IMG/VR virus record: IMGVR_UViG_3300012662_000009
Span: 94,647-158,646 of that record
Reading direction: 5' to 3' (one strand)
Source: a virus
Taxonomy: Duplodnaviria > Caudoviricetes
DNA: 64,000 nucleotides
The position numbers and the translations under genes were made by a program. The notes under the pieces are model-generated. The model did no database searches. It was not told where the DNA came from and saw only the letters and a list, made by a program, of their open reading frames with translations. Below are positions 58,461 through 64,000 of the stretch, in pieces (positions within the stretch are counted from its first letter, which is position 1; every line of letters starts with the position of its first letter).

Positions 58461-59594
58461 ATGAAAAAGTTTTTTACAGTTTTGTTGGCAACAATCTTTG
58501 CCGTGAGCACTTTTGCGCAGAAACCTCTTGAACCCAGTAATATTACAGATAATATTTCTGTAACACTTAAAGCTGGTGTCTCGACACCTCTACACCATTC
58601 TTTCACAACCGTTGATCCTCTTGTAGGTCTTGAATTTAATAAAATGATTACTCCGACTTTTGGTTTGGGTGTAGAGGGTGAATGGACAATTAAAGATGCA
58701 TGTAATGCCTCTGAAAACATTAGATTTGAACACCAATATGTAGGCGTTAGAACTATTACAAATCTTATGAATCTCTTTGGTGGATATAAAGGCAATCGCC
58801 GAGCTTTTGAAATCGATATGATTCTTGGGGTAGGTTGGGGACATATTTATGGCCATAGTGATAACCCCTATGTAATTGGCTATGATAAAAACTTTGTGGA
58901 AACTAAGACTGAATTGAATTTCAATGTAAATCTTGGGGAGTTCCGACAGCATACTATTTCATTCCGACCTGGTGTTGTATGGAATATGCATACGCATGAT
59001 TATCAGGCAGATTATAGCATAAACAGGGCTAATCTCCAATTGGCGGTAGCTTATACATATCACTTTAAGAACTCCAATGGAACGCATGGATTTGTATTCA
59101 GTGACAAGCTTTATACACAAGCTCAAATGGACACTATGAATGATCAAATTAATGATCTGCGCAAGCAATGTGATGATGCTAATAAGCGAGTCGATGAATG
59201 TCTGTTGATCATCCAAGATCTTCAGGGTACTAATGAAACGCTTTCTAATGAACTTAAGAAAAGCAACGATAATGAAATTCCTGAGGCTCCTGATAGTCCT
59301 ATAGGTTTCAAGAAAGGTTCTTATGAAATTAATGAAACGTCTCTTCCGATGATTAAAGACATCGCTGAGTTCATGAAGTCCAATGATAAGACTTATGTAA
59401 TATCTGGATATGCGTCTGTAGAAGGTACTAAGGAGTTTAATCAAAAACTTTCTGAGCAACGAGCCAATGTTATTAAAGATCAATTGATTAAATTTGGAGT
59501 GCCCGCTAATCGACTCGAAACAAAAGCTTTTGGTGCCACCGATGAATTTGGGGATAAACCTTTCAATCGAATCGTAATAGCAACGGTGAAATAA
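58461..59594 (+). CDS. Bacteroidales-type OmpA family outer-membrane protein
   Basis: Signal peptide, beta-barrel (NLMNLFGGY, YHFKNSNGTHGF), coiled coil, OmpA C-domain (GYASVEG...NQKLSEQRA...NR). Confidence 0.9.
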   Translation: MKKFFTVLLATIFAVSTFAQKPLEPSNITDNISVTLKAGVSTPLHHSFTTVDPLVGLEFNKMITPTFGLGVEGEWTIKDACNASENIRFEHQYVGVRTITNLMNLFGGYKGNRRAFEIDMILGVGWGHIYGHSDNPYVIGYDKNFVETKTELNFNVNLGEFRQHTISFRPGVVWNMHTHDYQADYSINRANLQLAVAYTYHFKNSNGTHGFVFSDKLYTQAQMDTMNDQINDLRKQCDDANKRVDECLLIIQDLQGTNETLSNELKKSNDNEIPEAPDSPIGFKKGSYEINETSLPMIKDIAEFMKSNDKTYVISGYASVEGTKEFNQKLSEQRANVIKDQLIKFGVPANRLETKAFGATDEFGDKPFNRIVIATVK

Positions 59595-59686
59595 TTAATA
59601 GTTTTTAGATAATTTTTAAGAGGAGGTATATAAATATCTCCTCTTATTTTGTTATATAAATATATAATATAAAACTTTATAAAATT

Positions 59687-60790
59687 ATGCTTTACAATCT
59701 TGATGAAATTTGCCTTATTCCTACAAAAATAACAACCATCAAAAGTCGCAAAGAATGCATACCACTTTACAATAGTGCTTCTTGTGACTATAAGCTACCT
59801 ATATACATCTCACCAATGTCATCAGTCCTTGATGAAAATAATATACAATTATTTGAGCAAGGTCATTATAATACTATTGTGCCACGTTCAGTAGAATTTA
59901 ATAAAAGGATTGAAATACTTAGCAGTGGTATAGTAGTTGCTTTTGGATTCAAAGAGGCTTCTTATCTTTATGATTATTTTGATGATATCCTGAGCCGTAA
60001 AATGTCTAAACTTGGATATACTGCCCATATATGTATAGATCAGGCTAATGGTCATATGGAAGAACTTATAAATCTTTGCAAGGATTTCAAAACATTACTG
60101 GGTGAAGAAATATGGATAATGACCGGTAATATAGCTAATCCTGTTACTTACTATGAATATGCAAAAGCTGGTATAGATGCTGTGAGAATAGGTATAGGAT
60201 CAGGCAATGTGTGTACCACTTCTATACAGACAGGTATACACTACCCCATGGCAACACTTATAATAGAAACTTATGCAGCAAAGAAATTTGTCAAGGAATC
60301 ATTGGATATAGACATTGAATCCCTTAATAGTGCTGTTACCCATCAAGATATTATAGAGACTATCAAAGCCACTAAAAATGAATATAAATCAGTACCTCTT
60401 ATAATTGCAGATGGGGGATTTACTAATATTAGTCAGATTATCAAAGCACTTGCACTGGGGGCTGATTATGTTATGATAGGGCGCTTGGCAGCTGCGATGA
60501 AAGAAGCTTGTGGTAAAGTAGTATATGATAATGAAAAAGGTATATGTAGGGAATATTATGGAATGTCTACACATCGGGCCCAAAATGAAATTAGTAAAGG
60601 AAATGTATTAAAACATGAAGAGGGTGTCGAAAAGAAAATTCCTATAAAAACCTCCATAGATCAATTCCGCAAAGATTTTTGTGATGTAATATCCTCTACA
60701 ATGTCATATACAGGCCATAAAAATCTCGAAGAATTTATAGGTGGTGTTGAATATAATGTAATGAATCTCAAGACCTTAAATAAAATTTAG
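59687..60790 (+). CDS. GMP reductase / IMPDH-family enzyme
   Basis: ISPM, IDQANGH, GIGSGNVCTT, IIADGG, ALGADYVMIG, YYGMS. Confidence 0.85.
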   Translation: MLYNLDEICLIPTKITTIKSRKECIPLYNSASCDYKLPIYISPMSSVLDENNIQLFEQGHYNTIVPRSVEFNKRIEILSSGIVVAFGFKEASYLYDYFDDILSRKMSKLGYTAHICIDQANGHMEELINLCKDFKTLLGEEIWIMTGNIANPVTYYEYAKAGIDAVRIGIGSGNVCTTSIQTGIHYPMATLIIETYAAKKFVKESLDIDIESLNSAVTHQDIIETIKATKNEYKSVPLIIADGGFTNISQIIKALALGADYVMIGRLAAAMKEACGKVVYDNEKGICREYYGMSTHRAQNEISKGNVLKHEEGVEKKIPIKTSIDQFRKDFCDVISSTMSYTGHKNLEEFIGGVEYNVMNLKTLNKI

Positions 60791-60793
60791 GAT

Positions 60794-61141
60794 ATGGATT
60801 TATTAATAAAAGATATTAAAGATCATCTTATCGGAGAAGGATTTAAAAGTGATGATGAAATTATATATATTAAAACATCAGAAGCAACAGACAATTCTCA
60901 AATAATGATTATAAATGGTCAAAGAATTGTCAAGCCTGGTAATAAACATATTATAAAGTATTTAATAGAGTTCATGGGTAAAGGTCTTGTATCGGAAGTA
61001 GATAAAGATGATGAAGAATTTTTATTAATAGATTTTAAGATATTTAATAATAACAATATCATAGGCTCTACAAATATGTCATTTTATAAAGAAGATTTTA
61101 ATTTATTCATTAATTATTATAATAGATTGATTCAAATATGA
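60794..61141 (+). CDS. Hypothetical protein
   Basis: 115-aa ORF. Confidence 0.45.
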   Translation: MDLLIKDIKDHLIGEGFKSDDEIIYIKTSEATDNSQIMIINGQRIVKPGNKHIIKYLIEFMGKGLVSEVDKDDEEFLLIDFKIFNNNNIIGSTNMSFYKEDFNLFINYYNRLIQI

Positions 61142-61620
61142 TTACCAGAGATTTTATTATAAGTGAGGCTATTAAGAAATGCTTAAATGAAATGTATAAA
61201 AAGTCTCAGCCAAAGATTTCCTTGGCGCAAATGAGCAAATTAGCCAAACAAGATCCCAATGTAAAATTTTATGAACAACATTATCTATCCAAAGAAGAAT
61301 ATTTAAGTATCATGGATAATTATATGCGTGCTTATAACATAGAATCTCATTGGAGTGATTATATAGACATTGTCAAAGAATATGTTGAAAAACATGGTAT
61401 AGATATTCATGATATAGATAAAGTCCTGGAGTGTATCAAAGATTGTAAGGAATTTTATAGGTTTAATCGAGAGGAGATGATCTTTAAGTTAAATATTGCC
61501 AATTTCAGTCCTACGAGTAATAAAGAGGTTGTTGAAAAATATTATGAAAGCATAGGAGAACCCATAAAAATCCGCGATAAATTTTTTAATGAAGATACTG
61601 AACAATATGAATATAAGTAA
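61138..61620 (+). CDS. Hypothetical protein
   Basis: 160-aa ORF. Confidence 0.5.
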   Translation: MITRDFIISEAIKKCLNEMYKKSQPKISLAQMSKLAKQDPNVKFYEQHYLSKEEYLSIMDNYMRAYNIESHWSDYIDIVKEYVEKHGIDIHDIDKVLECIKDCKEFYRFNREEMIFKLNIANFSPTSNKEVVEKYYESIGEPIKIRDKFFNEDTEQYEYK

Positions 61621-62152
61621 TTATTATAGACATTTTTATAGAGTTATTAAACACAAAAAAGAAGTCTTAAAGATTTGTTGGAAAATTGGCTTGTATTGGA
61701 GAGGGCTCGTACATGACCTGTCAAAATTTCATTATAAAGAATTTATAGAGTCCTCTAAATATTATGATAAAAAGATCTCTCCCATTCCTCTTTGTAAATT
61801 AGATAAAGGATATTCAAAGGCTTGGCAGCATCATCACGGGCATAATGATCATCATTTTGAGTACTGGATAGATTATAATAAAGGCAAAATAGAACCTATT
61901 AAAATGCCCTTTGAATGCATGCTTGAAATGATTGCTGATTGGTTGGCTGCCCAAAAGACTTATAATGGAATTATTGATTATAAAAAAGAGCTTGAATGGT
62001 TTAATAATACCAAACATAATTTTATAATACATCCAGTTACTTTACAATTTACAGAAGATATTTTAATAACATTAAATGCAGGATTATTAACATTAGGGTT
62101 TATTAAAAAACATTATAATGAAATAAAAGAATTATATAATGGAACTGTATGA
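61589..62152 (+). CDS. DUF5662-like HD-domain protein
   Basis: HK...HDLSKF...AWQHH...NDHHFEYW...EMIADW. Confidence 0.75.
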   Translation: MKILNNMNISNYYRHFYRVIKHKKEVLKICWKIGLYWRGLVHDLSKFHYKEFIESSKYYDKKISPIPLCKLDKGYSKAWQHHHGHNDHHFEYWIDYNKGKIEPIKMPFECMLEMIADWLAAQKTYNGIIDYKKELEWFNNTKHNFIIHPVTLQFTEDILITLNAGLLTLGFIKKHYNEIKELYNGTV

Positions 62153-62375
62153 ATATACTATAAGGACATGCAATAAAAAAGATATTATTAAGACTATTAA
62201 AGCCATGTCTAATGACTTTTGGGAGTTTATATGTTCATGTCCTATAGACATTTCTGATAGAGAACTTTATTTCAAACGATTAAAAACTACTCAATATCCA
62301 ACAAATACTAAAAAAGCAAGTGATATAATGTATTTTACAAATAATAGGTACAATGTTTCCACTACGATGAACTAA
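62139..62375 (+). CDS. Small hypothetical protein
   Basis: 78-aa ORF. Confidence 0.4.
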   Translation: MELYEYTIRTCNKKDIIKTIKAMSNDFWEFICSCPIDISDRELYFKRLKTTQYPTNTKKASDIMYFTNNRYNVSTTMN

Positions 62376-62477
62376 TATTTCTGGTACATTCATATATAAG
62401 AGCTTAGGAAGATAATTGAAAGATCTTCCTAAGCTTTTTATTATATAAACAAAACATAACAAATAAACTATAATAGT

Positions 62478-63719
62478 ATGAATAAGATTTTAGCAGATTT
62501 AGAGTTCAATACAGTTATTAATGAAGCTCACGCGCGGACTCAAACAGGCGCTGAATTATTAAACAAGTATAAATCCTTTATAATGAATCATGAGATTACT
62601 TATGATCTTGTTAATTCGTTTGTAAAAGAAGCTCAAATTTGTCGTTATGACAATGGTATAAATCAAATACTTGAATCTGTTGCTGATTATATCAACTGCA
62701 ACAAAACTTCCTGGGCTCTTGCTACTGTATGTGAATCAATAAATCATAGCAATGCCTCGTATAACTATCTTAATAAGAATGCTGTAAAACATGTTGAAAA
62801 ACTTCTCGAGATGCAAGAAGAAGATGTTGTTAAGTATATTAAAGCAGGCGCCCTTAAAAATGTTATGTATTGCGAAGGCTTCCGTAATATTGCTAAACAA
62901 GTATATAAAAATCAACCTGTTGTAGAAGCTTCGGCTGATTATCTCAAGGCTACTCCGGTATCTATGATAGAAAATGTAGGCGATGGATTTTGCTTTGAAG
63001 TAGCAGGAACTCTTTATAAATTAGATGATGATAAGAATATCCAAGAATGTCAATGGAATGAAGTATCTAATACTTTCAAAACTGTATCGTCCCTTTTAGA
63101 ATCCAGCATATGCGAAGTAAATTCTGATACAATCATTATTAAGGCTCCCAATGCCACTTATGAAATCTCTGAAGCCGATAACATCACAAAACATGGCAAG
63201 GAAGGTGATATCAAGATGACTCTGGAGCAATTGCGCGATAACAATCGCCTTATCCTCACTGCCACCAATCCCCATCATCGTAATAACTTAGCAGGTGTTC
63301 TTGAAGCCATTGCCCTGACATGTGAGAACTATGATAAGATTCTGAGCATGGATAATACGACAATATACTCTACAAAGAACGATAAATTTGTTGTTATAGA
63401 ATCCGGTAATAATCTCTATGCCACGCTTTTACAATCCAATAGGCATCCTAAATGGACTATTAATGAAGACGCTATTAACGCACTTTCCTTTATCAAATCA
63501 AAAACCAATGTATCTCTTGATGAAAACTATGCGGAGATTGTAAGCAATGTCTTAGAAAATACTTCTATAGATGAACAGGAGAAATTAGAAGAAGAATTTA
63601 AGAATAATAAAATAAATTCTTATAAGGAGCGCATTGAAGCCCTTACGGAAAAGTTTAAGAATGATCCTGTGAAATTAGCAGTACTTTCCAAGCTGGCTAA
63701 GGATGTAGCTCAAGTTTAA
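62478..63719 (+). CDS. Hypothetical protein, possibly prohead core/scaffold
   Basis: Many (I/L/V)-x-E sites (VINE, ILES, LLEM, VVEA, MIEN, LLES, INED, VLEN). Confidence 0.45.
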   Translation: MNKILADLEFNTVINEAHARTQTGAELLNKYKSFIMNHEITYDLVNSFVKEAQICRYDNGINQILESVADYINCNKTSWALATVCESINHSNASYNYLNKNAVKHVEKLLEMQEEDVVKYIKAGALKNVMYCEGFRNIAKQVYKNQPVVEASADYLKATPVSMIENVGDGFCFEVAGTLYKLDDDKNIQECQWNEVSNTFKTVSSLLESSICEVNSDTIIIKAPNATYEISEADNITKHGKEGDIKMTLEQLRDNNRLILTATNPHHRNNLAGVLEAIALTCENYDKILSMDNTTIYSTKNDKFVVIESGNNLYATLLQSNRHPKWTINEDAINALSFIKSKTNVSLDENYAEIVSNVLENTSIDEQEKLEEEFKNNKINSYKERIEALTEKFKNDPVKLAVLSKLAKDVAQV

Positions 63720-63765
63720 AAATTCTTATAAAATATCTTTATATTTGCTCCATGCATGGAGATAT

Positions 63766-63792
63766 AAAACCTGGCTTTGGTCAGGTTTTTTA
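63766..63792 (+). terminator. Intrinsic terminator
   Basis: aaaacctggc-tttg-gtcaggtttttt. Confidence 0.75.
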
Positions 63793-63821
63793 TTGGATAT
63801 TTAATTACTCTCATATTTGCT

Positions 63822-63898
63822 CTCTAACATAACAAAATAGGCTCAGATATAGATTTATATATCTGAGCCTGTCAAAGTCTGTTAAATCGCTTCTAAAT
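63822..63898. repeat. Dispersed palindromic element, copy 5
   Basis: ctctaacataac-aaaataggctcagatata-GATTTA-tatatctgagcct-gtcaaagtctgttaaatc. Confidence 0.85.
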
Positions 63899-64000
63899 GC
63901 GCTTAAAAAGTATCCCTATAATTAATCCAATTTAATACCTAATTTAGGAGTTCTCGTAAAATCTACGCAAGTCACATTCTTAGCTTTCTTAGCAAGACCC

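Noticed and set aside
1-64000. Stop-codon reassignment (TAG to Gln, as in Lak and some crAss-like phages)
   Set aside because: Core genes are full length in code 11, TAG ends several genes cleanly (171, 32956, 44664, 60790) and no suppressor tRNA is present.
1-64000. CRISPR array or cas genes
   Set aside because: No regularly spaced direct repeats with unique spacers; the palindromic elements are 12-20 kb apart.
1-64000. Diversity-generating retroelement behind the paralog family
   Set aside because: No reverse transcriptase and no near-identical TR/VR pair differing at adenines was seen in this window.

Overview
AT-rich, gene-dense segment of a large T4-like (myovirus-type) jumbo phage read in the standard code. 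A Bacteroidales-type OmpA protein and anaerobic NrdDG point to an anaerobic Bacteroidales host (inference). Core genes include UvsW, a gp47-like nuclease, TerL, gp2-, gp3-, gp14-, gp26- and gp51-like proteins and a tape-measure-like protein. Nucleotide and RNA metabolism genes include NrdD/NrdG, ThyX, a GuaC/IMPDH-family enzyme, kinases and an RNA ligase. It also encodes a sigma factor, an S1-domain protein and a 7-deazaguanine DNA-modification cluster (QueD, QueE, DpdA-like, FolE2; no QueC in the window). The RNA island at 28.46-30.06 kb is the most unusual part. It holds tRNA-Leu(UAA) split by a group I intron carrying an HNH gene, a tRNA-shaped RNA with two large insertions, a long-variable-arm tRNA with a UCU anticodon, and two copies of an unrecognised structured RNA with compensatory base changes. 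Patterns spread across the window are: (i) a five-copy palindromic intergenic element with shuffled flanking arms, (ii) a TAAA-N13-TTTGTTATAT promoter-like motif, and (iii) at least eight proteins with T4-type capsid-targeting N-termini, including a divergent paralog family. All protein calls come from motif recognition by eye, not from database searches.
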